Source of the DNA: Felis catus
Lineage: Eukaryota
Assembly: GCF_018350175.1 (NCBI RefSeq)
Contig: NC_058368.1
Location: 186,374,001-186,438,000 of the forward strand
Direction: 5' to 3'
Length of the DNA stretch: 64,000 bases
The stretch's first letter is position 1; the number at the start of each line of letters is the position of its first letter. Both the position numbers and the translations under genes were made by a program. Positions 52,575 to 64,000 of the stretch are shown piece by piece. The notes under the pieces are model-generated. The model was given only the letters and a program-made list of their open reading frames with translations. It searched no databases and was not told the origin of the DNA.

Positions 52575-52976
52575 CAATTATTGCAGAGTTTTTAACTTAT
52601 TGTTTTTCTACTGTCTCTATTCAGTAATTTTCTTAGCACACAACTCAAACACATATCAAATTAAAGAAGACATTATACTATAATGATTGTCATATTTACA
52701 TATTCCACATAAGGAAATAAAGAAAAAAGAATACATCTTTGGAAAGAGGATCATGGCACCAGTGATAGGAAGGATGACATGTGCAGAGAGAATAATTCCA
52801 CAGTTGTCTATTCCCAAAGCAATAGGCCAAGCAGAAGTCTTCTCTGTTGCATGTGCAGATCATTGCCCACATGTGCACAAAAGAACACTGTGTCTATGAT
52901 ATGCAGATTATAATCCCAGTTACGTGTGTGCATATATACATGCACACGTTTTATTTATTTATTTTGAGACAGAGAC

Positions 52977-53020
<44 letters not shown>

Positions 53021-53711
53021 CGAGCGTGGGGGAGGGGCAGAGAGAGGGAGAGAGAGAATCCTAAATAGGCTCCATGCTGTCAGTGCAGAGCCCAAAGTGG
53101 GGCTCAATCCCATGAACTGTCCGATAATGACTGAAATAAAGAGCCACTTAACTGAACCACCCAGGAGCCCCCCTCCTACTATATTTTGAACATGTTTGCA
53201 AAATGAAACAAAATCTGATTTCAGAACAATTCTGATTATGGTGATTTGAGCCATCAGAAACAATCAACCCAGATTAACTGCAGAATCAATTCACTCACCC
53301 GTATATAAAGAGGTAAGAACTATTACCCAAACAATTAGCTCAGCTACCACATTACAACCTAGTTAAATTCATCAGAGAGCCATATTTCATATGGTCAATA
53401 TGTCCAGTATTTTCAATTCCTTATATTCCATATGGTCAAATTACCCTGTGTTTTCAATTTCTTCTGTGCATTAGCAATAGCTGTGATGACAACACTTCTT
53501 TGATGTAAGGGAAACCATGTGATCTATATTATGAAAGCAATTTTATTTTACATGACAATATGGGTATGCCAATTATTGCAAAGAGTTTTTAACTTATTCA
53601 TTATTTTTCTACTCTATCAGTAACTTCCTATATCCACTAATTTTCTTAGCAAACAACTCAACCATCAAATTAAAGGCATTATGCTATAATGACTGTCATA
53701 TTTACATATTC
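52575..53711 (+). repeat. Diverged ~135-bp direct repeat (52575-52705 and 53570-53711)
   Basis: Shared colinear blocks: caattattgca, agagtttttaacttatt, taattttcttagca, atcaaattaaag, ctataatga, tgtcatatttacatattc. Confidence 0.9.
52948..53171 (-). mobile_element. Carnivore SINE with long (GA)n
   Basis: Typical structure. Confidence 0.9.
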
Positions 53712-54119
53712 AATGGATGCATTGTTTTACTTCAGCATTTTTTTTTCTGGTTTTGTTGAGGAATAATTGACATACCATTTCATTTTTGTAAAATTTTGTG
53801 TCATGTATTCAGCTGCCTTTTCTATTTAGGAGTTGACGAAAGAATATATTGAAATAAACTTGGTAACATTTAAATGGATAACTAAGCAATGATATTTTAG
53901 TTATATACTATTGTTTGACTTTTACTAAATTAGAATAAACACTTTTGAATGTGTTATCCCATGCAACAGACAATGATTTTGTCTAAGAAATTCAAACTTC
54001 CAGAGTGAACATTTGAATTTTCAGTTAGTTTTAAGTTTTTGGTTATATACGAACTATGAAGAGACAGTTTCACTGAGGAGGCAGATTACTATGGTGAAAT
54101 CTTTTGTTTTGATGTAAAA

Positions 54120-54611
54120 TATAGGGGAGGAATAATTAATTTCCCTCTATCCTTCTAGGTTTTTGAATGAGACACCCTTTGTAATAAAAGAGATATTAAC
54201 AGGAGAAAAATGTATTTAATTTCACAAATATAGGGTCCCCAAAGATATGAGACCTAAACCATTAACCAAAGAAGGCAGCTTTTATACCTTTTTTGACAAG
54301 GAAACAATAAATTTATGAATTGATAAGACAAAGAAGTTTCAGTTTGGGGTAGTAAATTAGTAAACAAGTAACAAGCTTTGTTTATACAGCTTTCTCCTTC
54401 CTGATTTTTATATTTCTGGGGATAAGGATGTCACTTTTCCTTCTGGTACAGACAGGATACCCTTCACAATGAGAAATTATTTCTTGCTTTCAGGGGATCA
54501 AAGAAGGGTCAGAGCATCCTTTTTGCATTGGCTGTTTTTTTAGTAACTTTAATTCAAAATAATCAATATGCCAAAGTGGCACATTTTAGGGTTGTCTGCT
54601 CTGAACCCCAC
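54120..54611 (-). mobile_element. ERV1-class (MER34/MER39-like) solo LTR
   Basis: attaacaggagaaaaa...aattcaaaataatcaatatgccaaagtggcacattttaggg...ctgaaccccaca. Confidence 0.7.
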
Positions 54612-54725
54612 AAGTACAAAAGCATCTTTCCAAAAGAAATTGGAAAATTCTCTTCCTCTGGTTACTGTTTCTAAAGGAAATAAAATTAATGTTGATATCT
54701 ATGAGTTAAGAATGAAAAAATGAGA

Positions 54726-54911
54726 GGGGCGCCTGGGTGGCTATCGGTTAAGCGTCTGAGTCTTGATTTTGGCCAGAGTCATGATCTCATAGTCATGAGA
54801 TGGAGCCTCACATGCTGGGCGTGGAGCCTACTTAATAATCTCTCCCTCTCTCTCTCTTCCTCTGCACCTCTCCTACTCACTCTCTCTCTCTGTCTCTCAG
54901 AGAAAAAAAAA
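54726..54911 (+). mobile_element. Carnivore SINE
   Basis: TSD gaatgaaaaaatgaga. Confidence 0.9.
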
Positions 54912-55417
54912 TGAATGAAAAAATGAGAAAAAGATTAATAAAAAATTGAAGAAATAGTGACAAAATCATAAGGATCTCATAAATGCTGGAAGCAGTGAGT
55001 TTAGAGAATAAACAGAAAGTGATAAAATTATTTTGAGGTGGTAAGAATCACCATTTCATCAGTTACATAAAGAATGAAGAATTAAAGCAATCCATAGGTT
55101 GTAGTTTTTTCCCCACAAAATGCACTGTGCTAAAATATAAACTGAAATTTGCATGAAATATTGTATGTGCCAAATATTTTCCTGATGGATTATGCATTTT
55201 TACTAAGGTAAAAAATTATGAAATAAGTATTTTTTTTTCATTTATAGAAATACTTAAAATGTCTTGCCTAACATACATTAGGAAATTGCATGTGCCATGG
55301 CAGAAAACTCAATTTTAATTGTCTGCAACTATTAAAGGGAATTAAGGCTCATGCAATCAGGAAATATAGTGGTAGAGCTGGTTGTAAGCTTTATGTGTAG
55401 GCTCAAAAGAAACCACT

Positions 55418-56005
55418 TGTGAAGGTTAATTTTATATGTTAACTTGACTGGGCTAAGCAATGCCCAGATAGGTGGCAAACATGATTTTGGGTGTGTCTCT
55501 GAGGGTGTTTCTGAAAGAAATTAGCATTGAATCAGTTGACTGAGTAAAGAAGATTGCCTTCTAATGCAGATAGGCATCATTGAATCCACTGAGAGCCTGA
55601 ATAGAAAAGTAAATGGTAGAGAAAGGGCAAATTTTCTCTCTGCTTGAGCTGGGACATCTAACTTTTCCTGCCCTTGGACATCAGTGCTCCTGGTTATCGG
55701 ACCTTTGGACTCAAAGTGGGACTTACACCATTGGCTCCCCTGATTCTTAGGCCTTTGTACTTGGATTGCAACCATACCACCAATTTTCCTGGGTTTCCAG
55801 CTTGCTAATGGCAGATCATGAGACTTCTCAGTCTCCATGATCTTATAAACCAATCTCTCACAATAAATTTCTTTCTATATATCTATATCTGTACTATGTA
55901 TATGCTCTATCTATCTATCATCTACCTACCTACCTACCTATCTATCATCTATCATATATTTATCTCCAATTGGTTCTGTTTCTCTGGAGAATCCTGACTA
56001 ATAGA
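55418..56005 (+). mobile_element. MLT2-type (ERVL) solo LTR with internal (CTAT)/(CCTA) microsatellite
   Basis: tgtgaaggttaattttatatgttaacttgactggg...ttggttctgtttctctggagaatcctgactaata; near-TSD ccact/ccacc. Confidence 0.9.
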
Positions 56006-56386
56006 CCACCAAAGCTGAGTTTTACCTGTTTCTGGCTTGGCTTCTCCGGAGTTGATTTCATTATTAAGCAACCTCTGCCCTCATGATTGAAGGATGTAAA
56101 TCAGGTAATCCTTAAACTATATGCTTCCCCTCTCCCCCAATCCACCAAGAAAGATAAAGTATTCTCAATAGCTATGAACTTCATATACTCCCTTTAATTG
56201 GATGTCTAGATTATGTGTCCATTCTGGAGCCAATCATGAGGGCTACAAGAATGTAATTAGATTGGTTTAGGGCTGGTCAAATGCACCACTCCTAGTGACA
56301 AGGGTGTAATCATTTTTAATCAGAAGCGCAGGAGTAAAGATTAGGGAAGGAATGGTGATCCAAAAGAAATTCAGTGTAGTGTTACT

Positions 56387-56825
56387 TGTATTAGTTTCCT
56401 GAAACTGCTGTAACAAATTACCACAACTTTGGTTGCCTAAAACAAGCAAAACAAAACAAAACAAAACAGAACAAATTTTTTTTTTTCACAGGTCTGGACA
56501 AGTAGCCCAAAATTAGGCAAGGCTTCACTCCCTCTAAAGAAGAATCTGTTCCAGGCTTGCCTAGCTCCTGAGGCTCCAAGAATCCCTTGGCTGGTGGCTA
56601 CATCACTCCATTGTCTACCACTGTGGTCACTTTGCCTTCTCTTGTTTGTTTCTCTCTAAACCCCTTTGCCTTTTCTTATAAGAATGCCTGGATAATCTAG
56701 GTTAATCCCTTCATCTCAAAATCGTTAATTTTATCTGCAAAGATCCTTTTTCCAAATATGATAAAATATATAGGTTCTAGAGATTAGCACTTAGTATCTT
56801 TAGATAACTATTATTATGGCTACCA
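56387..56825 (-). mobile_element. MLT1-type MaLR solo LTR
   Basis: tgtattagtttcctg...ctgtaacaaattaccacaac...atctgcaaagatcctttttccaaat. Confidence 0.85.
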
Positions 56826-56904
56826 AACAATATGAAATCAGAGCTGAATGGCCATAAACAACAAAGGTCCACCACACTCACCATATTTGTAAACAGAGAC
56901 AATA

Positions 56905-57145
56905 TGATACAGTGTGATAGATGAGTAGAAGTTACCAGCTTTGATAACTGGGTTGGAATCTTAGATGTGCCAAGTAGTCATTGTGTCCTGGGCAATTTAC
57001 CTAACCTCTCTGAGCCTCAGTTTCCTAAATGTAAATAAGAGATAGTAAAAGTGTCTACCTCATAGTCTTTAGTGGGGAGTAAATAAAATGCATGTAACAA
57101 CAGCATACTACACAGTACATAGTGCTGAATAACTACTGGCTAATA
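56905..57145 (+). mobile_element. MIR SINE
   Basis: Core gggcaatttacctaacctctctgagcctcagtttcct...tctacctcatag. Confidence 0.85.
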
Positions 57146-57399
57146 TTTGTCTGTTCAATATTTTTATGTTTACATACCAGAAATAAAACACCCTTGATTA
57201 TTTTAGTATTTTAGTGCCATTTGTTTCCATGCTTTTTTTTTTTTTTTTGCCATAAATAGAAGTGATGTAACAGTGTGTGAAGAGTGAACAACTGGGAAGT
57301 AGAAGCCCTTGACTTCCCGTCATTGATCTGAAACCAGAGGCAAGTTATGTCCTCTTTGGATAGCACTCTATCTATCTACAAATGGAGATAAATTTAGAT

Positions 57400-57581
57400 C
57401 AGAGATCAGCAAACTATAGCCCATGGGCCAAATCTGGCCATATTCATTCATTTAGTTTTTGTCTAAAAACTGCTGCCCTATAAAAGCAGAGCTGAGTAGT
57501 CCCTAGGGTGACTAGTCTAGACCACAAAGCCAAAAATATTTACTATCTGACCCTTTCCAGAAACAAATTACCAATTTCTAG
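57400..57581 (+). mobile_element. MER58A-like hAT-Charlie MITE
   Basis: cagagatcagcaaactatagcccatgggccaaatctggcc...aaaatatttactatctgaccctttccagaa; 8-bp TSD (a/t)tttagat. Confidence 0.85.
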
Positions 57582-58515
57582 TTTTAGATGCTTACTTAGG
57601 ACTTTCTGTCTTAAGTTTCTGTCATTCCAAAAATGAGTTTTTGGAACCATTCTTTTTACCTTCTTTTGGAACAAGTAAACCAACTCATGATGCCAATATA
57701 TTTAGATCATACATTGAATTATAGAGCCTGATGGAGATAATATATTTATAAATCATAAATTTCTAAACAAATCTATTGGTACTTGATAATATAATTGGAG
57801 GAAGAAGGAATCAAAACAAAAAGGAAACAGTTCCTTCAGTGTAAACGAAAAAGTCTTCTCAAATGAATAAATACCCAGATAGCCCTGTTTTCTGTTATGA
57901 TTTTAGTCTAATTAGGAGCCATTTGAGAAATAAGTGTTTTAGAATATAAAGTGCTATTTATTAGAAATACACAAATAGCGACAACATTCTATACTTCTCT
58001 AGTCACTAAGTAGAAGTCTGTTTTAAGGAATAGATAAGAATAATTAAAACTGGCATATCAAAATACCAATTAAGTAAGACTGGCCTCTATTGGTATTTAT
58101 GTTACAATGGGCTGGATGCTAGGTGTCTATGATTGTCTCTGAGGTTCATGCATTGATAATACCTTTCCCTTAAGATTCCCATTCTTTAGATACTGTGTTA
58201 GAGAAATAAAATTAAAAAAATAAAATAAAATAAAACAAAAGCACCTTGCATCAAGTTTAATAAGCACTCCACAGAAGATTGTCTTTGCACCTGTAAGGGA
58301 GTGGTCTGAGTGTAGGGCAGCCAGATCCCTCTTCTTGCTATTGCTTCATCCGTCTGCCCTCATGTGCCAAAAAACACATGGTTTATCTGTGCCATAATGT
58401 GATGAACACTGGGAAGCACTCAAGAATATGAGTTGGGGAGGGGGATATATTAATGGGTGAAATTGTTACAACTTTTGGAGATTCTGTGCCACTTGATCAC
58501 CCATCCACTCCTAAA

Positions 58516-59264
58516 ATTTTTTATTTTTATTTTTATTTTTTTCAATATATGAAGTTTATTGTCAAATTGGTTTCCATACAACACCCAGTGCTCATCCCAA
58601 AAGGTCTCTCCTCAATACCCATCACCCACCCTCCCCTCCCTCCCACCCCCCATCAACCCTCAGTTTGTTCTCAATTTTTAAGAGTCTCTTATGTTTTGAC
58701 TCCCTCCCTCCCTCTCTAACTTTTTTTTTCCCTTCCCCTCCCCCATGGTCTTCTGTTAAGTTTCTCAGGATCCCCATAGGAGTGAAAACATATGGTATCT
58801 GTTTTTTCCCTGTATGGCTTATTTCACTTAGCATAACACTCTCCAGTTCCGTCCACGTTGCTACAAAGGGCCATATTTCATTCTTTCTCATTGCCACGTA
58901 GTACTCCATTGTGTATATAAACCACAATTTCTTTATCCATTCATCAGCTGATGGACATTTAGGCCCTTTCCATAATTTGGCTATTGTTGAGAGTGCTGCT
59001 ATAAACATTGGGGTACAAGTGTCCCTATGCATCAGTACTCCTGTATCCCTTGGGTAAATTCCTAGCAGTGCTACTGCTGGGTCATAGGGTAGGTCTATTT
59101 TTAATTTTTTGAGGAACCTCCACACTGTTTCCAGAGTGGCTGCACCAATTTGCATTCCCACCAACAGTGCAAGAGGGTTCCCATTTCTCCACATCCTCTC
59201 CAGCATCTGTAGTCTCCTGATTTGTTCATTTTGGCCACTCTGACTGGCGTGAGGTGATATCTGA
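58516..59264 (-). mobile_element. Young felid L1 3' fragment (ORF2 C-terminus plus 3'UTR)
   Basis: Minus-strand ORF contains the L1 ORF2 end ([17 protein letters not shown]...TCTPMFIAALSTIAKLWK); patterned poly-T tail; TSD aaaattttt. Confidence 0.96.
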
Positions 59265-61256
59265 CAAAAATTTTTAACAAATTACTAAATACACTTCATT
59301 AACCAAATGAAGCAGAGTTCTCAACATTACTGTAAAGCAGAACTGGGGAATGTAGCAGAGAGAAATGCAAATTCTATTAGGCATTTGAGAAACCTATTGC
59401 TAAATTTACTTCCTTAGACTGATAAATTTCTGCATGGAAAGGGGGAAATAAGGAGCTGAAGGGAAGAAACATAAATTCAGATATTCTTTCCAAAAAATTG
59501 GAACTTCCTCCTCCCTCTAGATACAAAAATAAAAGGGTACAAGCACATCTCTTAACAAATTTACATAGAATAATAACACAACTTTGACCTAAGCCCAGCA
59601 ATTTGGGATACTAGCTCTTTACTAGTGTGTTGCTAATTCTAGCATGTACCTTAACTCCTCTGAACCTCAAGTACTTCTATTATGTATAAATTAAAATATC
59701 TTACCTCTTAGAAGTCATTGTGCATATCATTATGTGCATTTCCTTCTCTTCTAAAATCGGTGATAATGTAAAAATTATTAATAATCAGTTCTTGGGAGGA
59801 TCATAAACTTTGACTTAATTAGAAGAAATTAATTTCTCTCAAACATCTTATTCTAAGAAAATATAGTGGGGAGTGGGATGGCATTGTACCATCATATATA
59901 TATATACCCTACGTTTTTCTTGACTCCTTGTTTATAAATGGCAGAATCATTATTGCCTGTGAGATTAAAATTGCTTAAAATATTGTGCAGGAAATATGAT
60001 TTTTCTACTGAAGAGGAAGTATTAGTGGAAAAAAACAGTAACTTCTAATAGAAAAGGCACCCTGGGAGAAATTAAAAATAAACAGATAAACAATTATCTT
60101 GGGTCATGAATTAAAATATATAATCCTTCTCAAAATCTGCTAGTAATATTGAGAGAATGTGATAATTGCATTATCATTAAAGATTTTATCCCAGGAAAAT
60201 TAGCCCAATAAAAAATAATTTTGATTTTGGAGAAGCTTATATTATAGAATAATAATATAATCTCTGAAGCACAAAACAACTTCACAAATATACCCATGAA
60301 CATATTAAAATGAAACAATCAATTTTCCTTAAATATTTTTCATCTATTTTATAGCCATTTAGATTAGTAAATATAGTTAAGCTATAAAAGGATATGAAAA
60401 ATGATTTGCATATTCAATGTTGAAAGCATTGTACTTTTGACACAGACTTACATATAAAATTTTTTGTCCTGTGTATAAATTATAATATAAAGCAATGTTA
60501 ATAATTTATTTTAGCTCTATTCTTCCCAAATAATTACATTTGTATCATAATAGGAACTATCTTAAATTTAATGCTAAAAAATCATAACTGTCAGTACAAA
60601 AAAATCAATTTGTAAATTTTCAGAAATATTCACCAGAAACATAGATACCATCTGCATTAATAGAGTATTTTCTATTTGTACAGTGCTTTTGTTTAATTGC
60701 CTCTGCAAAGTTGTCATTTATAACATCACAGCATTCATCTTCGGATCCACAAATTTCAAGATGTTTTAAAAGAAATTATTTTCTAATGTATTTTCTTTTG
60801 GCAGGGGTAGAGGAGAGAGAGTCATGCATATAATGAAAGAAATTTTGACCCTATAAGGTTAGGATGAGGAATAAATAATATATGTAATTCATCTAGTGGA
60901 CTACTTGGAACAGTGCAACTGTTCAAATCCTACAATTTTGCCATTGGTGTTTAGAACAAAAAAAGTGGTCAATATTAAATTAGTAACAAAGGCTTCAAGG
61001 TAGAGATGGGTGTTTGAGTTCATTCTACCATTCATTTAATCAGGAAAATTTTATCTGTCACCTTTTATATGACAGACACTGCACTATAAAATGGCGAAAA
61101 AAAATCTCTACCTATAGTTTAGAAATATGGAAACTAATAATTAGGGAAAAAAGTTTATTCAATCCTATACACTATGTTGATGGAAAGATACAAGAAAATA
61201 ACTGCTGAACAATAGCCAGAATTGTAATCTATAAATCTCTTCTTGTTTAAAAAATA

Positions 61257-61511
61257 TTTTTAAGGTTTTTTTGTTTGTTTGTTTTTTAATTTTTGAGAGA
61301 GAGACAGTGACAGAAACAGAGACAGAGTATGAGCAGGGGAGGGGCAGAGAGAGGAGATGCAGAATCTGAAGCAGACTCCAGGCTCCAGGTTCCAGGCTCC
61401 AGGCTCCGAGCTGTCAGCACAGAGCCTGATGTGGGGCTTGAGCCCACAAACTGTGAAATTATGACCTGAGCTGAAATCAGATGCTTAACCAACTGAGCCA
61501 CCAAGATGTCC
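61257..61511 (-). mobile_element. Felid SINE with (ctccagg) expansion
   Basis: TSD tataaatctc(t/c)tctt. Confidence 0.92.
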
Positions 61512-61829
61512 TTATAAATCTCCTCTTAAACTGAATGAGATCCATATGTAAAATCACCTAATCTAGTAGTTAGCATAATCTAGAAATAGGAAAATAACAT
61601 TATGGTTGCAACTGTGCTATAATACAAACATCTGCTTTTATAACTTAAAATGACAGACATAAGATGTCAGGATCATACATAAAAAGTATGCACTGCTTTG
61701 ATTTCATTATGTACATAGCTAAATATCTCTTCTGACACCTGTAATATTATTTTGAAAACTTTGTAAGTTTCCTACTAAGTATATACCAGGTATTTCAATA
61801 GCATGGAGAGAGCTTTAAAAAGTAATCAA

Positions 61830-62053
61830 GGGGTGCCTGGGTGGCTCAGTTAGTTGAGCCTCCAACTCTTGAATTCTATTCAGGTCATGATCTCAACAGT
61901 CTTGAGACTGATCCCTGTGTCAGTCTTGCTGGACATGAAGACTGCTTGAGATTCATTCTGTTTCTCTCTGCCCTTCCCCTGCTCATACTCTTTTTCTTTC
62001 TCTCTCTCACTCTCTCTCTCAAAAAAATAAATAAATAAATAAATAAAATAAAA
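61830..62053 (+). mobile_element. Carnivore SINE
   Basis: Typical structure. Confidence 0.9.
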
Positions 62054-62269
62054 GTTAAGAATCTTTGACAACAAAATTTAAGTACACAACTGAACTAGTT
62101 TGATGTATTACACCAGTCCAAAATGATTGCTATTATCATTATTAGGAATTTTTAAACTTACATTAAAATGCTTAAAATCTTAGATGTTCTGGAAAAGAAA
62201 TGAAGAGTTCTACATTCTAATTCATGTGTTGGCATTAATTAACTCAAAGAGATGCAATTGTCTCTTTTT

Positions 62270-64000
62270 AATTTATTTTTATTTTTATACTTTCACCTTT
62301 TATATATAGTAAAAAGTATGAATCTTAAGTGTGCAGTTCTCTAAGTTTTAAAAAATGAATACACCAATATAACCATCAAACAGGATATTCCCACTGCCCC
62401 TAAATATTCTCTTTTGCCCTCTTCCAGTCAGTAAACTTCAAAGATAATGGCTGATGTGCTTTCTGTCACTATTGATTGCCAATATAGATAACCAATTTTA
62501 GAATGAATAATATCTCTTTAATTTCTAGTTGGCCCAAATTTTCATTATAAATGGTCATTGAATTTTATCAAAGGTAGTTTTTTCACATTTACGATAATCA
62601 TGATTTTTCTTCTTTATTCTTCTTATGTTATGAATTACATTGACTGATTTTAAAAGTTATACCAAGTTTGTACCCCTGTGATAAACCCAACAATTTAGTT
62701 GCAGTATATTATCACTGTCTATATTATTGAATTTCGTTAATATTTCACTGAAGTGGTCATATTTATGTTAATGAGGGACACTATCTTAAAAATTTATTTT
62801 CTTCCTATGTTTATTGTCAGTTTTGGTATCAGAGTTATTATGACCTCAGAAAGCAAGTTAGTGCATATTCCTTCCTCTCCTATTTTTGAAAGATTTATTA
62901 TAAATTGGTGTTATTTGATCCTCAAAATGTTTGATAGGATTCACCAGTGAAGCCATCTGGCCCTGGAGTTTTTGTGGAAAAGCTTTTTAGTAATTAGTTC
63001 ACTGTTTTAATAGTCATAGGCATTAAATTTTTCATTTTTTTGTGTGTTAATTCTAGTGAATAGTGGTTTTCAAGGAGACTATCCATTTCATCTAAGTAGT
63101 TGAAGTTATTAGGCTGTTTTTCATAATTGCCCCTTACCATCCTTTTAATGCTTGTAAACTATGTTGTGATGCTCCCTACTTCCTTCCTGATATTGTTAAT
63201 TTGTGTTTCTTCAGGTTTTCTCTACAAGTCTTTGCTATTGGTTGTATCAATATTATTAATTTTATTATTTTTTTCAAAGAAACCAACTTTAGCTTTGTTA
63301 GTTTTCTATACTGTTTGTTTTCTAAATCTCTAACATTCTTATTTTTATTTGCTTTATTCTCCTGTTTAATTGCTCATCTTTTTAAAACATCTCCTTATTA
63401 GCTTATTTCAAATCTGCAATCTCTTCTAAAATATAAATATAAAACTATGAATTTCCCACTTAACAGGATTTTTTTTTAAGTTTATTTATTTGGAGAGAAA
63501 GAGAGAGAGCTTGAGTGGGAGGGACAGAGAAAGGGAGAGACAGAATCCCATGCAGGATCCACCCTGTCAGCACAAAGCCCAAAGCGGGCTCGAACTCATC
63601 AACTGAACCATGAGATCATGACCTGAGCAGGGATGAAGAGTTGGATGCTTAACCAACTGAGTCAGTCACCCAGGCCCCCCCCCCCCACCACTTAACAGGA
63701 TTTTTGAGTTTATTTATTCATTGTATTTGAGTCAAAATATTTGCTAATTTTCCTTATGATTTCTTCTTTGCTCCAGGGACTACTTAGAAATGTGTCACTT
63801 AGTTTCAAGTATTTGGATATTTTCTAGTTTTCTTGTTATTTATTTCCAATTTCACTGCATCATCTGAGAATATAAACTGCATATTCTCAACCTTGAATTA
63901 ATTGTTGCTTGATCTATAGTGTAGTATATGGTCTATTTTGGTAAATGCTTTATATATACCTGAAAATATGTATTCTCAAGTTGGCTCAGGTACTAGTCAG
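62270..64000 (-). mobile_element. Old L1M fragments (3' end and ORF2 region) with a nested SINE
   Basis: Reverse ORF2 motifs (ttcaccagtgaagccatctggccctggag, tccatttcatctaagt). Confidence 0.75.
63469..63680 (-). mobile_element. Carnivore SINE
   Basis: TSD ccacttaacaggattttt. Confidence 0.92.

Noticed and set aside
2500..59710. Scattered minus-strand consensus donors (e.g. ~2515, ~38949, ~47463, ~53297) as possible upstream non-coding GABRA6 exons
   Set aside because: Such motifs are expected by chance over 60 kb, some lie in repeats, and they cannot be supported without transcript data.
5750..62074. Many 60-120 aa ORFs of the MAQxVK.../QVMIS... type
   Set aside because: Translations of Can-SINE bodies, not genes.
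4815..63680. SINE strand skew (18 minus versus 11 plus)
   Set aside because: Too small a departure from 50:50 for 29 elements to mean anything.

Overview
Felid (cat-family) nuclear genomic DNA, identified by about 29 carnivore tRNA-derived SINEs that include young Felidae-type SINEC_Fc copies. The only gene I can support is the 5' end of GABRA6 (GABA-A receptor alpha-6 subunit) on the minus strand. Its coding exons 1-3 lie at 1833-1870, 1520-1638 and 859-926, are joined by GT-AG introns, and splice to 75 codons ([75 protein letters not shown]). The gene continues off the left edge, and the ORF track misses all three exons. The other ~62 kb is upstream, repeat-rich sequence; by mammalian synteny it should be the spacer towards the divergently transcribed GABRB2, which is an inference. 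It contains old and young L1s, L2, MIR, MaLR/ERVL/ERV1 solo LTRs, DNA transposons and microsatellites. Most supplied ORFs are repeat or low-complexity artefacts. I found no convincing new multi-gene system. The best leads are: (1) a 1.25-kb internally deleted Tigger/pogo element with intact ends that brings the N-terminal HTH next to a C-terminal tail carrying a PCNA-binding (PIP-box-like) motif; (2) an RE1-like site overlapping an IRF/PRDM1 motif in GABRA6 intron 1; (3) a frame-preserving cryptic exon candidate in intron 3; (4) twin AT-rich palindromes at 27.5 kb; (5) a diverged ~135-bp direct repeat at 52.6/53.6 kb. Repeat subfamily names come from my recognition of consensus motifs, not a database search, and old-repeat boundaries are approximate.
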